Shown: in pieces, positions 48,242-58,375 of the stretch | Position numbering within the stretch: position 1 is the stretch's first letter | Layout: each line of letters opens with the position of its first letter | Origin: an uncultured Pelagibacteraceae bacterium | GTDB lineage: Bacteria; Pseudomonadota; Alphaproteobacteria; Pelagibacterales; AG-422-B15 | NCBI GenBank assembly: GCA_902518955.1 | Contig: CABYIR010000002.1 | Span: forward strand, 48,891-112,890 | Length of the DNA stretch: 64,000 nt | Direction: 5' to 3' | Notes under the pieces: generated by a model | Seen by the model: the letters and a program-made list of their open reading frames with translations, nothing else | Database searches by the model: none | What the model was told of the DNA's origin: nothing | Program-made: the position numbers and the translations under genes

Positions 48242-49975
48242 ATGAGTAATAAAAAGCATATAGAAACTTTAAGACATGACACTGCCCATATAATGGCGAT
48301 GGCAGTTCAGGAACTATTTCCAGAAACTCAAGTCACAATTGGTCCTGTAATTGAAAATGGCTTCTTTTATGACTTTGCAAGAGACAACCCCTTCACTGAT
48401 AGTGACCTTGAAATTATTGAAAAAAAAATGAAAGAAATAGTAAAGCGTGATGTTAAGACTTCATTTAGAGTTCTTTCAAGAGAAGATGCAATTAAACTTT
48501 TTCTCGATAAAGGTGAAAAATATAAAGTTGAAATAATAGAAAGCCTTCCTTCTGATGAAGAGATTAAAGTTTACTTTCATGGAGATTGGTTTGATTTGTG
48601 TAGAGGACCCCATTTAAATTCTTCGGGGGAAATTGGAACAGCGTTTAAATTAACTAAAGTGGCTGGAGCATACTGGCGCGGGGACTCTAATAATCCAATG
48701 TTACAAAGAATTTATGGAACAGCTTGGGAAACTCAAGAAGAGCTAGATAACTATCTCCACATGCTTGAAGAAGCTGAGAAAAGAGATCATAGAAAGCTTG
48801 GAAAAGAATTAGATTTATTTCATTTTCAAGAAGAAGCACCAGGAAGTGTGTTTTGGCATGCAAAGGGTTGGACACTTTTTCAGTCACTAATAAATTATAT
48901 GAGAAAGAGACAGGATGAAGCAGGATATTCTGAAATTAATACTCCAGATATCATGGACAAATCTCTATGGGAACTTTCTGGACATTTAGAAAAATTTGGA
49001 GACAACATGTTTACAACCGAGGCTAGAGAAGATCGAGTTTATGCACTTAAGCCGATGAATTGTCCTGGTTGTATTCAGGTTTACAAACAGGGTTTAAAAA
49101 GTTATCGAGATCTACCACTTCGAGTTGCAGAATTTGGCAAAGTACATAGATACGAACCCTCTGGAGCTTTGCATGGATTAATGCGTGTTAGAGCATTTAC
49201 TCAAGATGATGCTCATATTTTTTGCACAGAAGATCAAATTACTGATGAAAGTCAGATAGTTTGTGATTTGATTTTAAGTATCTATAAAGATTTTGGGTTT
49301 GAAGATGTTTCAATCAAGTTCTCTGACAGACCGGAAAATAGAGTTGGAAGTGATGAGATATGGGATAAGTCTGAGAAGGCTCTAAGAACAGCCATGGAAG
49401 CAACTGGATTAGATTATACAGTTAATCCTGGAGAAGGAGCATTTTATGGTCCTAAATTAGAGTTTGTATTGAGAGATGCAATAGGAAGAGAGTGGCAGTG
49501 TGGAACTCTACAAGTTGACTTAAATATGCCGGAGAGATTAGGTGGAACTTTTATTGCTGAAGATGGTAAGAAATATCACCCTGTTATGCTTCATAGAGCC
49601 TTATTTGGATCACTAGAGAGATTTACTGGCATTCTTCTTGAACATTATGCTGGAAATCTTCCGCTCTGGCTAAGCCCAGTTCAAGCTGTTGTAGCTCCAA
49701 TTACATCTGAAATTGATGACTATGCTGTGGAAATACAGGAAACATTGAAAAGCTCAGGTTTCAGAGTTGAAATGGATCTAAGAAACGAAAAAATAAGTTA
49801 TAAGATAAGAGAAAACTCACTTCAAAAAATTCCTTTTTTATTGATTGTAGGAAAAAAAGAAATGGAAGAGAAATCTGTAACCCTCAGGACATTTGGCAGT
49901 AAGGATCAGGAAAAAATAAAACTTGATAATTTAACTGATTTTTTTGAAAAAAAATGTATTATTCCAGGTCATTAA
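48242..49975 (+). CDS. thrS: threonine--tRNA ligase (no N-terminal TGS domain)
   Basis: 577 aa. It begins at the editing-domain histidines ([10 protein letters not shown]), followed by the class II core ([24 protein letters not shown]) and an anticodon-binding domain. Confidence 0.92.
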   Translation: MSNKKHIETLRHDTAHIMAMAVQELFPETQVTIGPVIENGFFYDFARDNPFTDSDLEIIEKKMKEIVKRDVKTSFRVLSREDAIKLFLDKGEKYKVEIIESLPSDEEIKVYFHGDWFDLCRGPHLNSSGEIGTAFKLTKVAGAYWRGDSNNPMLQRIYGTAWETQEELDNYLHMLEEAEKRDHRKLGKELDLFHFQEEAPGSVFWHAKGWTLFQSLINYMRKRQDEAGYSEINTPDIMDKSLWELSGHLEKFGDNMFTTEAREDRVYALKPMNCPGCIQVYKQGLKSYRDLPLRVAEFGKVHRYEPSGALHGLMRVRAFTQDDAHIFCTEDQITDESQIVCDLILSIYKDFGFEDVSIKFSDRPENRVGSDEIWDKSEKALRTAMEATGLDYTVNPGEGAFYGPKLEFVLRDAIGREWQCGTLQVDLNMPERLGGTFIAEDGKKYHPVMLHRALFGSLERFTGILLEHYAGNLPLWLSPVQAVVAPITSEIDDYAVEIQETLKSSGFRVEMDLRNEKISYKIRENSLQKIPFLLIVGKKEMEEKSVTLRTFGSKDQEKIKLDNLTDFFEKKCIIPGH

Positions 49976-49995
49976 AATAAGTACAGGAGTTTAAA

Positions 49996-50544
49996 ATAGT
50001 AGTTCAAAAAAATAATAATAGGTTTCAATCAAACAAGAAAGAACCAAAACTCCGAGTCAATGAAAGAATCACAACAGACACAGTTAGATTAATTGATGAA
50101 AAAGGTGAGAACTTAGGTGTTATAAATACCCAAGAGGCAATTCAAAAAGCAACAGAAGTTGGACTTGACTTAGTAGAAGTTTCTCCAAATGTGGATCCAC
50201 CTGTTTGTAAAATTTTGGATTTTGGTAAGTTTAAATATCAAGCTCAGAAGAAGGCTAGTACCGCTAAGAAGAAGCAGAAGGAAATTACCTTAAAAGAGGT
50301 TAAAATGAGGCCTGGTATTGACGTACATGATTATAAGTTTAAGGTAAAAGCTGCACAAAAATTTATTTCAGCTGGCGATAAAGTGAAATTCACCCTTCGA
50401 TTTAAAGGTAGAGAATTTGAGCATCATGACTTAGCCCATAATCTTATGGGCCGAATAAGAGAGGATATGGAGTCTGTAAGCAAAGTCGAGCAGGAACCTA
50501 AGCTTGAAGGTCGACAATTTACAATGATTTTTGTAGCTAACTGA
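49996..50544 (+). CDS. infC: translation initiation factor IF-3 (apparent ATA start)
   Basis: The frame is open from 49981. The sequence EPKLRVNERITTDTVRLIDEKGENLGVINTQEAIQKATEVGLDLVEVSPNVDPPVCKILDFGKFKYQ lies upstream of the track's GTG start at 50191. AGGAG at 49985-49989 sits 6 nt before ATA 49996, and there is no in-frame ATG upstream. Confidence 0.8.
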   Translation: MVVQKNNNRFQSNKKEPKLRVNERITTDTVRLIDEKGENLGVINTQEAIQKATEVGLDLVEVSPNVDPPVCKILDFGKFKYQAQKKASTAKKKQKEITLKEVKMRPGIDVHDYKFKVKAAQKFISAGDKVKFTLRFKGREFEHHDLAHNLMGRIREDMESVSKVEQEPKLEGRQFTMIFVAN

Positions 50545-50626
50545 GCAATAAGCATCAGGAATTACTTGGTTAAAAAGATTTTGCTTTTTTTTAGGCAAAA
50601 CGCTATAACACGCAATTATTATCAAT

Positions 50627-50824
50627 ATGAGTAAACTAAAAACAAAGAAAAGTGCTAGTAAGAGGTTTAAATTAACGGCCTCTGGAAAAGTTAAATCATA
50701 TCAGGCTGGTAAAGCCCACGGTATGATCAAACGCACGAATACACAAATTCGCAATCAGAGAGGTTCGACAATTTTATCTGACCAAGATGCTCGTATTGTA
50801 AAAAAATTTTTACCATACGGATAA
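50627..50824 (+). CDS. rpmI: 50S ribosomal protein L35
   Basis: 65 aa starting [23 protein letters not shown]. Confidence 0.92.
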   Translation: MSKLKTKKSASKRFKLTASGKVKSYQAGKAHGMIKRTNTQIRNQRGSTILSDQDARIVKKFLPYG

Positions 50825-50846
50825 GAATATTTAATTAAGAGAGTTT

Positions 50847-51203
50847 ATGGCAAGAGTAAAAAGAGGTGTCAGTACACACGCAAAACATAAAAAAGTCATT
50901 AAGCAAGCTAAAGGTTTTCGCGGCAGAAGGAAGAATACTTTTAAAGTAGCTAAACAAGCTGTTGAAAAATCAATGCAGTATGCTTATAGGGATCGCAAAG
51001 TGAAGAAAAGAGAGTTTAGATCTCTATGGCTCCAAAGAATCAATGCTGGCACACGTGAGATGGGTGTTTCTTACTCAGTATTTATAAACGGTTTAAAAAA
51101 ATTGAATGTAGATATTGATAGAAAAATGCTTGCTGAGCTTGCTATGCATGAGCCTAGTTCGTTTAAATTCCTAGTAGAAAAAGCTAAGACTGCTACAAAG
51201 TAA
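50847..51203 (+). CDS. rplT: 50S ribosomal protein L20
   Basis: 118 aa starting [17 protein letters not shown]...AYRDRK. Confidence 0.95.
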   Translation: MARVKRGVSTHAKHKKVIKQAKGFRGRRKNTFKVAKQAVEKSMQYAYRDRKVKKREFRSLWLQRINAGTREMGVSYSVFINGLKKLNVDIDRKMLAELAMHEPSSFKFLVEKAKTATK

Positions 51204-51270
51204 TTTTAATTCCTCTAAATTATAGATTACTATTACCGCTTAAATCTAAATCTGATATTGTCTTGTAAGA

Positions 51271-52263
51271 ATGGATAAATACAAAGATATACACTCTTCA
51301 GTTTCTTCAAAAAAAGAAAATGTTAATGATTTAGAAAGCTTGGAGTCATTCAGACAAGAATTCTTAGGGAAGAAAGGTGATATTTCTCTTGCTATGAAGG
51401 AATTGGGGAAACTTGAACCTGATGAGCGTAAAAAACATGCTGAAGAATTAAATATAATTAAAGATTCTGTTCTATCTTTTGTTAAAGTAAAAACAGAAGA
51501 AATAAATAACGAAATTTTAGATAAACAAATTAAAACGGAATCTCTTGACGTTACACTTCCTGTGAGTAGTTCATCGGGAACCATCCATCCTATAACCCAG
51601 GTCATTGATGAGGTGATAGCAATCTTTGCGGATTTAGATTTCTATGTTGCAGAAGGACCAGAAATTGAAACCGATTATAACAATTTTACTGCGTTAAATA
51701 CATCTGAACATCATCCAGCAAGGCAAATGCACGATACATTTTACGTAAATTCAGAAACAGATGGTATGCAAAATGTAATGAGGACGCATACTTCTCCCGT
51801 TCAAATAAGAAGTATGTTATCTCAAGAGCCTCCAATTCGGCTTATCGCTCCAGGTAAGACTTTTCGATGCGACAATGATCAAACTCATACTCCAATGTTT
51901 CATCAAGTTGAGGGTCTTGTCATAGATAAAGAGAGTAATATGGGTCACTTAAAAGGATGTCTTGAAATATTTTTAAAATCATTTTTTGAAACGGATAGTT
52001 TAAATATGCGATTTAGACCAAGTCATTTTCCTTTCACTGAACCCTCAGCAGAAGTAGATATTGGTTATAAAAAGAAAGGTAATCAACTTATCATTGGAGA
52101 AGGTTCAGATTGGCTAGAGATTCTCGGATGTGGAATGGTTCATCCAAATGTATTAAGAAACATCAATATTGATCCAGATGTATATCAAGGTTATGCATTT
52201 GGTATGGGTATTGAAAGAATTGCAATGTTAAAATATGGAATCAGTGATTTAAGAACTTATTGA
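51271..52263 (+). CDS. pheS: phenylalanine--tRNA ligase alpha subunit
   Basis: 330 aa with HPARQMHDTFY, FRCDNDQTHTPMFHQVEG and GMGIERIAML. Confidence 0.92.
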   Translation: MDKYKDIHSSVSSKKENVNDLESLESFRQEFLGKKGDISLAMKELGKLEPDERKKHAEELNIIKDSVLSFVKVKTEEINNEILDKQIKTESLDVTLPVSSSSGTIHPITQVIDEVIAIFADLDFYVAEGPEIETDYNNFTALNTSEHHPARQMHDTFYVNSETDGMQNVMRTHTSPVQIRSMLSQEPPIRLIAPGKTFRCDNDQTHTPMFHQVEGLVIDKESNMGHLKGCLEIFLKSFFETDSLNMRFRPSHFPFTEPSAEVDIGYKKKGNQLIIGEGSDWLEILGCGMVHPNVLRNINIDPDVYQGYAFGMGIERIAMLKYGISDLRTY

Positions 52264-55200
52264 AGTTTCCTCTTCTTTAGATCTTCTCTTAAAGGATGTT
52301 CCAGGGTATGAATTATTTCTTTCGGACATATCTGTATAAATTTAAGCTTTTCAGTATCCCAATCATCTAGAATACGTTTTGCATGCTTACTACCTGTTTC
52401 ATTATAATGTTTATCAATAAACTTCTTTAATACATTTTCCCAGTGCTTACTCTGTATTTTATCAAAAATAAGAGTCTCTTCATTTACTCTATGCTTAAAT
52501 TTTTCATCATTATCATAAACGAAAGCCATTCCTCCTGTCATTCCGGCACCAAAATTATCTCCTGTAGGCCCTAAAATTATTATATTTCCTCCAGTCATGT
52601 ATTCACATCCATTCGAACCACACCCTTCAACTACCGCTGTAGCACCTGAATTTCTTACAGCAAATCTCTCTCCCGCTTGTCCAGAGGCGAACAGAGAACC
52701 ACTTGTTGATCCGTACATGCATGTGTTACCAATTATAGTATTTTCATTTGTATTAAGTCGACTATTTTTGTGTGGCCTAATAATAATCTTAGCACCAGAT
52801 AAACTTTTACCAACATAATCATTTGCATCACCTTCTACTTTAATACTAAGCCCTTTTACTGCAAATGCACCTAAAGATTGTCCAGCAGAACCTTCTAAGT
52901 TAAGAGTCAATTGATCATCGTTAATATTAGTATCTTTAAATTTATGATACATAACAGAAGATAATTTTGCACCAATTGTTCTATCAGTATTCTTCACTGA
53001 ATAGTGAAGCTCTGTTTTTTGTCCAGTTTCAAAAAACTTTGTTGCATCAACAATAATTTTTTCATCAAGAGTTGATCCTGCATCATTAATACTTTTATGA
53101 TTAAAGTATTCTACATCTGGATCCTTTTCAGCTTGAATTAAAATAGAATTTAAGTCTAAATCATCTAAATGAGAAGAGCCTCGTGAAATTTGATAGAGTA
53201 AATCTGTTCTTCCAATGATTTCATTCAGGCTAGCAAATCCAAGTTCAGCTAAAATTTCTCTCACTTCTTCAGCGATAAAGCTAAATAAATTAACAACTTT
53301 CTCTGCTGTTCCTGAGAATCTTTTTCTTAAATCATCGTCTTGAGTACAAACTCCAACAGGGCATGTATTGCTATGACATTGACGCACGAGTATACAGCCC
53401 ATTGCAACAAGAGATGTTGTTCCCAAATTAAATTCTTCAGCACCCATAAGTGCTGCCATCACTACATCTCTACCTGTTTTTATGCCTCCATCTGTTCTCA
53501 AAGTTACATTTTGACGTAAACCATTTAATGTCAAAACTTGATTGACTTCTGTAAGTCCCATTTCCCAGGGAATGCCTGCATATTTGACACTCGTTTGTGG
53601 ACTAGCTCCCGTTCCACCATTGTGACCAGAAATAAGAATTACATCAGCTTTTGCTTTTGCTACGCCCGCTGCAATAGTTCCTATTCCTGATGAAGCAACG
53701 AGTTTTACGCAAACTTTTGCATTAGGGTTTATTTGTTTCAAATCAAAAATCAGTTGAGCTAAATCTTCAATTGAGTAGATATCGTGGTGAGGTGGTGGTG
53801 AAATAAGAGTCACACCTAGCGTGCTATGTCTTAATTTGGCTATTTCTGCAGTAACTTTAAAACCTGGAAGTTGCCCTCCTTCACCAGGTTTTGCTCCCTG
53901 AGCAATTTTTATTTCTATTTCCTCGCAATTATTGAGATACTCAGCTGTCACTCCAAATCTTGCAGATGCTATTTGTTTAACTCTTGAATTTGCGTTATCT
54001 CCATTTTTTCGAGTAATTGATCTTTCAATTGATTCTCCACCTTCTCCACTACATGACGACCCGCCTATCCTGTTCATTGCAATTGCTAGAGTTTCATGGG
54101 CTTCTTTAGAAAGAGCTCCGTGAGACATACTTCCACTCCCAAATCTCTTTCTTATTGATGTAATAGACTCAACATCACCTAGAGATTTTTTTTCTTTAAT
54201 TGATTTAAATTCTAATAAATCTCTGATGTTTATTGGTGAAAAATTTTTATGAGCTAGAGAATATTTTTTATACAAATCGTATGAATCATTTGAGACAGCT
54301 GTTTGCAGTAAATGTATTAGTTTTCCATCATAAGCATGAATTTCTTCACCATATCTGTATCTGTATATACCTCCTATAGGTAATGTATCTACCTCACCAG
54401 AGTACGCGTAAGAGTGAAGTTGACTGATCTTGAATTCAATTCCAGTTAAGCCAATACCAGATATTCGGCTTTGCACACCGAGAAAATATTCATTGACCAT
54501 TGAGCGACTTAAACCGACGGCTTCAAAATTAAATCCACCTCTGTATGCAGATAGAACTGAAATACCTAATTTTGACATAATTTTTAGAAGACCTTGATCA
54601 ACAGCTTTTTTATATCTCTGAACACATTCTTCATAACTTAATTTTTTAAACAGTCCTTTTTCATGTCTTTCTCTTATACACTCTTGAGCAAGATAAGGAT
54701 TTACAGTTGTTGCACCAACTCCAATCAGCACAGCAAAGTAATGGGTGTCAAGACATTCAGCTGACTGAGTATGAATTGAAACAAAAGACCTTATTCCTTT
54801 TCTGGTTAAAAAAGTGTGCACAGCGGCAGTTGCAAGAATTATCGGTACTGAAACTTTATCGCGATCAGTATTTATATCCGTTAATACTACATGCTGCCTT
54901 CCACTAAGAACCGCTGCCTCAGCTTCGTTCTGAATTCTTTTGATTGTTTCCTTTAAAGAAATTCTTTTTAAATCAAATGAACAGTCTATTATTTTAGTAA
55001 CTTCTTGACCAAACTTCATCATTTTTGCAAAAATACTATTAGTAATGATTGGGCTATCCATCACAAAAACATTATCTTGATATGAATTTGAGTCCAAAAC
55101 ATCTCTTAAATTGCCAAACCGTGTCTTTAAACTCATCCTTGACTGCTCTCTCAAGCTATCGATTGGAGGATTAGTAACTTGACTAAATTTTTGTCTAAAA

Positions 55201-56774
55201 AAATGAGATAGAGGTCTAAATTTATCTGACAATACTGCAATTGGCGTGTCATCGCCCATTGATCCAGTAGCTTCTTTTGCCTCAACAACCATTGGATGTA
55301 AGATCAACTCTAATTCTTCCATTGTATAACCTGCGGCAATTTTTCGTTGTCTCAATGATTTAAAATCAAAAAGCTTATTTTCTTTTTTTGATGTTATTCT
55401 CTTATCAATTCTAATGATCTTCTTAACAAATTCATGATATGGGTACTGATTGGCAAGCTTGTCTTTTAATTCAAAATTTTCATATAACTTTCCTTCTTTA
55501 AGGTTGACGCCTAACAGGTCACCTGGCCCCAACCTACCCTTGAAAATTATTTCTTCTTCATCAACTGGAACCATTCCAGCCTCAGATCCTGCTACAATTA
55601 AATTACTATTCGTAATACAATATCGCATCGGCCGTAATCCATTTCTATCCATACCTCCAATAACCCATTCACCATCATATGCTGCAATTGCTGCAGGGCC
55701 ATCCCAAGGCTCAATAGTTCCATTTGCAAATTCATACATGTTGGAATGGGAAGATGGTAAAAGCTTACTTCTTTTGGACCATGCCTCTGGCATTAGTAAT
55801 GTTTTTGTTAAAGGGGCCGACCTTCCTGCACGAACAAATAATTCAAAAGCTGCATCAAGCGCAGAGGAGTCTGAGCTTCCTCTTATGATTATAGGCTTGA
55901 CTTGTTCACTATCCTCTCCAAATAACTCAGATGCAATCCTATTTTCGTGGCTACGCATCCAATTTGAATTCCCTGAAATAGTATTAATCTCACCATTGTG
56001 CGCTAAAGCTCTAAATGGTTGTGCGAGCGCCCAGCTAGGAAAAGTATTTGTTGAATATCGCTGATGGAAAATTGCAAATGAAGAAACAAAATTTTTATCC
56101 TGTAAGTCAGGATAAAATACCTCTAATTCTTCAGCTAAAAATAGCCCTTTGTATATTACAGATTTAAAGCTTAAAGAACATATATAAAAATCACTAATTT
56201 GGATTTTTAATATTCTTTTTTCTATTCGCCTTCTTATTAAAAAAAGTTCTTTATCTAGATCTTCTTTTTCACTTCTTTCCTTATTATTTACAAACATAAC
56301 CTGCTCAATTTCTGGTCTTGTCATATTTGCTTTTTTACCGATCACACTAGTGTCAACAGGTACTTGTCTCCATCCATATATAAAATAACCATGATCAATC
56401 AGCTCTGATTCGATAATTGTTCTACACTTTTCAAGGGCTGAATAATCATTACGTGGAAGGAAAATCATTCCCATTCCTAAATCTCCCTGCATCATTTCAT
56501 GGCCAGTTTTTTTTATCTCTTCCTCAAAAAAAGCTTTAGGAATTTCTATGTGTATACCAGCGCCATCTCCTGTTTTGCCATCAGCATCAATTGCGCCGCG
56601 ATGCCATACAGCCTTGAGTGCTTCAATTCCACTTGTCACAACACGTCTGTTGGGTTTTCCATCTATTGAAGCAATAAAACCAACACCACAAGCATCATGT
56701 TCTTGCGTCGAGTCATATAGATTTGCATCAATCAGCTTTTGCTTATTATTATTATATCGGTCTAACCAACTCAT
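52257..56774 (-). CDS. gltB: glutamate synthase large subunit
   Basis: 1505 aa. N-terminal Ntn amidotransferase domain (CGVGFIA), then the FMN/Fe-S central domain and the C-terminal GXGXG domain. Confidence 0.95.
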   Translation of the reverse strand: MSWLDRYNNNKQKLIDANLYDSTQEHDACGVGFIASIDGKPNRRVVTSGIEALKAVWHRGAIDADGKTGDGAGIHIEIPKAFFEEEIKKTGHEMMQGDLGMGMIFLPRNDYSALEKCRTIIESELIDHGYFIYGWRQVPVDTSVIGKKANMTRPEIEQVMFVNNKERSEKEDLDKELFLIRRRIEKRILKIQISDFYICSLSFKSVIYKGLFLAEELEVFYPDLQDKNFVSSFAIFHQRYSTNTFPSWALAQPFRALAHNGEINTISGNSNWMRSHENRIASELFGEDSEQVKPIIIRGSSDSSALDAAFELFVRAGRSAPLTKTLLMPEAWSKRSKLLPSSHSNMYEFANGTIEPWDGPAAIAAYDGEWVIGGMDRNGLRPMRYCITNSNLIVAGSEAGMVPVDEEEIIFKGRLGPGDLLGVNLKEGKLYENFELKDKLANQYPYHEFVKKIIRIDKRITSKKENKLFDFKSLRQRKIAAGYTMEELELILHPMVVEAKEATGSMGDDTPIAVLSDKFRPLSHFFRQKFSQVTNPPIDSLREQSRMSLKTRFGNLRDVLDSNSYQDNVFVMDSPIITNSIFAKMMKFGQEVTKIIDCSFDLKRISLKETIKRIQNEAEAAVLSGRQHVVLTDINTDRDKVSVPIILATAAVHTFLTRKGIRSFVSIHTQSAECLDTHYFAVLIGVGATTVNPYLAQECIRERHEKGLFKKLSYEECVQRYKKAVDQGLLKIMSKLGISVLSAYRGGFNFEAVGLSRSMVNEYFLGVQSRISGIGLTGIEFKISQLHSYAYSGEVDTLPIGGIYRYRYGEEIHAYDGKLIHLLQTAVSNDSYDLYKKYSLAHKNFSPINIRDLLEFKSIKEKKSLGDVESITSIRKRFGSGSMSHGALSKEAHETLAIAMNRIGGSSCSGEGGESIERSITRKNGDNANSRVKQIASARFGVTAEYLNNCEEIEIKIAQGAKPGEGGQLPGFKVTAEIAKLRHSTLGVTLISPPPHHDIYSIEDLAQLIFDLKQINPNAKVCVKLVASSGIGTIAAGVAKAKADVILISGHNGGTGASPQTSVKYAGIPWEMGLTEVNQVLTLNGLRQNVTLRTDGGIKTGRDVVMAALMGAEEFNLGTTSLVAMGCILVRQCHSNTCPVGVCTQDDDLRKRFSGTAEKVVNLFSFIAEEVREILAELGFASLNEIIGRTDLLYQISRGSSHLDDLDLNSILIQAEKDPDVEYFNHKSINDAGSTLDEKIIVDATKFFETGQKTELHYSVKNTDRTIGAKLSSVMYHKFKDTNINDDQLTLNLEGSAGQSLGAFAVKGLSIKVEGDANDYVGKSLSGAKIIIRPHKNSRLNTNENTIIGNTCMYGSTSGSLFASGQAGERFAVRNSGATAVVEGCGSNGCEYMTGGNIIILGPTGDNFGAGMTGGMAFVYDNDEKFKHRVNEETLIFDKIQSKHWENVLKKFIDKHYNETGSKHAKRILDDWDTEKLKFIQICPKEIIHTLEHPLREDLKKRKLQ

Positions 56775-58204
56775 TAAGAAGCCTTTACTATTTGATGTTT
56801 TTTTGCTTCTACATAGCTATGTATTGACTCAGCAGCATCTCTACCATCTCTAATACCCCACACAACTAATGATGCCCCTCTTGCAATATCACCAGCAGCA
56901 AACACACCATCTAGCTCAGTCATTAGGGTATTAAAAGATGTTTTAATGGTACCCCACTTCGTTACAGGAAGTTCTTTTTCATTAAACAGTTTTGGTAAAT
57001 CTTCTGGATCAAATCCTAAGGCTTCAATGACGATATCAGCTTTTAGGCTAAATTCTGAATTTTCAATCTCAATGGGCACCTGTCTTCCTGAAGCATCGGG
57101 TTCACTCAATTTTGTTTTTGCACAAATAACTTCTTTAATTTTACTATCTCCATGAAATGACTTAGGGATAGATTGCCATATAAACTCGACACCTTCTTCC
57201 TCGGCATTTAAAACTTCCCGAGTTGAACCAGGCATATTCTCTCTATCTCTTCGATATAAACATTTGACTGATTTTGCGTTTTGACGAACACTTGTCCGAA
57301 CACAGTCCATAGCAGTGTCACCACCACCAATAACGATAACATCCTTATCCTCAGCATTTAAAGTACCATCATCAAATAGCTCGACTTTATCACCGAGACC
57401 TTTTTTATTAGAAGCAGTTAGAAAATCTAAAGCTGGATGTATGTTGGGATAATTAGTTTTAACGTCAAGCTTTCGGGGTTTATAAACACCTGTAGCAATT
57501 AAAATAGCTTCGTGTTTTTTTCTTATTTCTTGAAAAGAAATATCTTTACCAATATTTACATTTAAATGAAATTTAATACCTGAGTCTTCTAAATATTTAA
57601 TTCTTCTTTCAACAATATTTTTTTCTAATTTGAAATTGGGAATACCATAAATAAGCAGGCCCCCCGCACGATCATAACGATCATATATTGTAATTTCGTA
57701 TCCTTTTTTTCTAAGTTCATCTGCGGCTGCCAGTCCGGCTGGCCCCGAACCAATTATTCCTATTCTTTCATTTCGCTTCTGATGCTGCTCTAGTTGTATT
57801 GGTTTAATCCAATTATTTTCAAATGCGTTATCTGTTAAATACTTTTCAATTGATCCTATCGTAACTGAACCATGGCCACTTTGCTCAATAACACAATTAC
57901 CTTCGCATAAACGATCTTGAGGACAAATCCTTCCAGTAATCTCAGGCAAATTATTTGTACTTGCTGATAATTGATATGCTTCTTCTAATCGATCTTCAGC
58001 TGTAAGTTTTAGCCAGTCAGGAATATGGTTATGGAGAGGACAGTGAACTGTGCAGTATGGAACTCCACACTGAGAACATCTACTTGATTGTTCCTCGGCC
58101 TTATCCTTTACATACCCCTTATATATTTCATTAAAGTTAGTCTTACGGTCTTTAGACTCAAATTTCTCTGGGTAGTTTTGATGTAAGTCTGTAAATTTAA
58201 GCAT
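56774..58204 (-). CDS. gltD: glutamate synthase small subunit (NADPH)
   Basis: 476 aa with N-terminal Fe-S cysteines and GSGPAGLAAA. Its stop overlaps the gltB start as TAATG. Confidence 0.93.
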   Translation of the reverse strand: MLKFTDLHQNYPEKFESKDRKTNFNEIYKGYVKDKAEEQSSRCSQCGVPYCTVHCPLHNHIPDWLKLTAEDRLEEAYQLSASTNNLPEITGRICPQDRLCEGNCVIEQSGHGSVTIGSIEKYLTDNAFENNWIKPIQLEQHQKRNERIGIIGSGPAGLAAADELRKKGYEITIYDRYDRAGGLLIYGIPNFKLEKNIVERRIKYLEDSGIKFHLNVNIGKDISFQEIRKKHEAILIATGVYKPRKLDVKTNYPNIHPALDFLTASNKKGLGDKVELFDDGTLNAEDKDVIVIGGGDTAMDCVRTSVRQNAKSVKCLYRRDRENMPGSTREVLNAEEEGVEFIWQSIPKSFHGDSKIKEVICAKTKLSEPDASGRQVPIEIENSEFSLKADIVIEALGFDPEDLPKLFNEKELPVTKWGTIKTSFNTLMTELDGVFAAGDIARGASLVVWGIRDGRDAAESIHSYVEAKKHQIVKAS

Positions 58205-58375
58205 AGTATTATTTTATGTCATATAATATGACTTATTTTTTATAATTAATCCTAATTTAATTTTTTTATAGACTATTAAGGATTCTATTAAAGTAATAAC
58301 ATATGACCTATATATGTATTTTAACCAACTTTTATTTGGCAAACTGGCAATAACATTCTATTTTTCATTAAATTT

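Noticed and set aside
50579-50600. Hairpin ttttgc-(loop)-gcaaaa between infC and rpmI as an L20-type autoregulatory leader or attenuator.
   Set aside because: The stem is only 6-7 bp, is AT-rich and is not followed by a T-run. I cannot show similarity to known L20-binding structures by eye. It is worth a covariance-model scan but is not supportable as a feature.
309-51605. The remaining short track ORFs nested in or antisense to assigned genes, e.g. 309-494, 427-744, 3731-3913, 4310-4564, 5130-5327, 6883-7089, 8639-8920, 10001-10201, 14148-14333, 15234-15416, 15559-15920, 17350-17604, 18694-19125, 19246-19449, 20611-20823, 24707-24928, 28684-28911, 29139-29321, 30238-30462, 31230-31557, 33495-33812, 34632-34826, 36817-37341, 38685-38894, 39125-39403, 48687-48887, 50431-50625, 51246-51605, 56946-57155, 60200-60640 and 63763-63975.
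   Set aside because: Each overlaps a gene with clear family motifs on the other strand or in another frame. None has recognisable motifs or translation signals.
55450-56064. 204-aa plus-strand ORF, with several others at 52597-52818, 53932-54123, 54707-54907 and 56548-56853, all antisense to gltB/gltD.
   Set aside because: They lie entirely inside the strongly supported glutamate synthase genes. Their translations are low-complexity Ser/Pro/Leu-rich with no motifs, which is typical of a shadow ORF opposite a long, relatively GC-richer gene.
58340-58362. ttggcaaactggcaa resembles a sigma-54 -24/-12 (GG...GC) element near gltD/uppP.
   Set aside because: The GG to GC spacing is about 8 nt rather than the canonical spacing of the TGGCAC-N5-TTGCA consensus. 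Orientation relative to gltD is also unfavourable.
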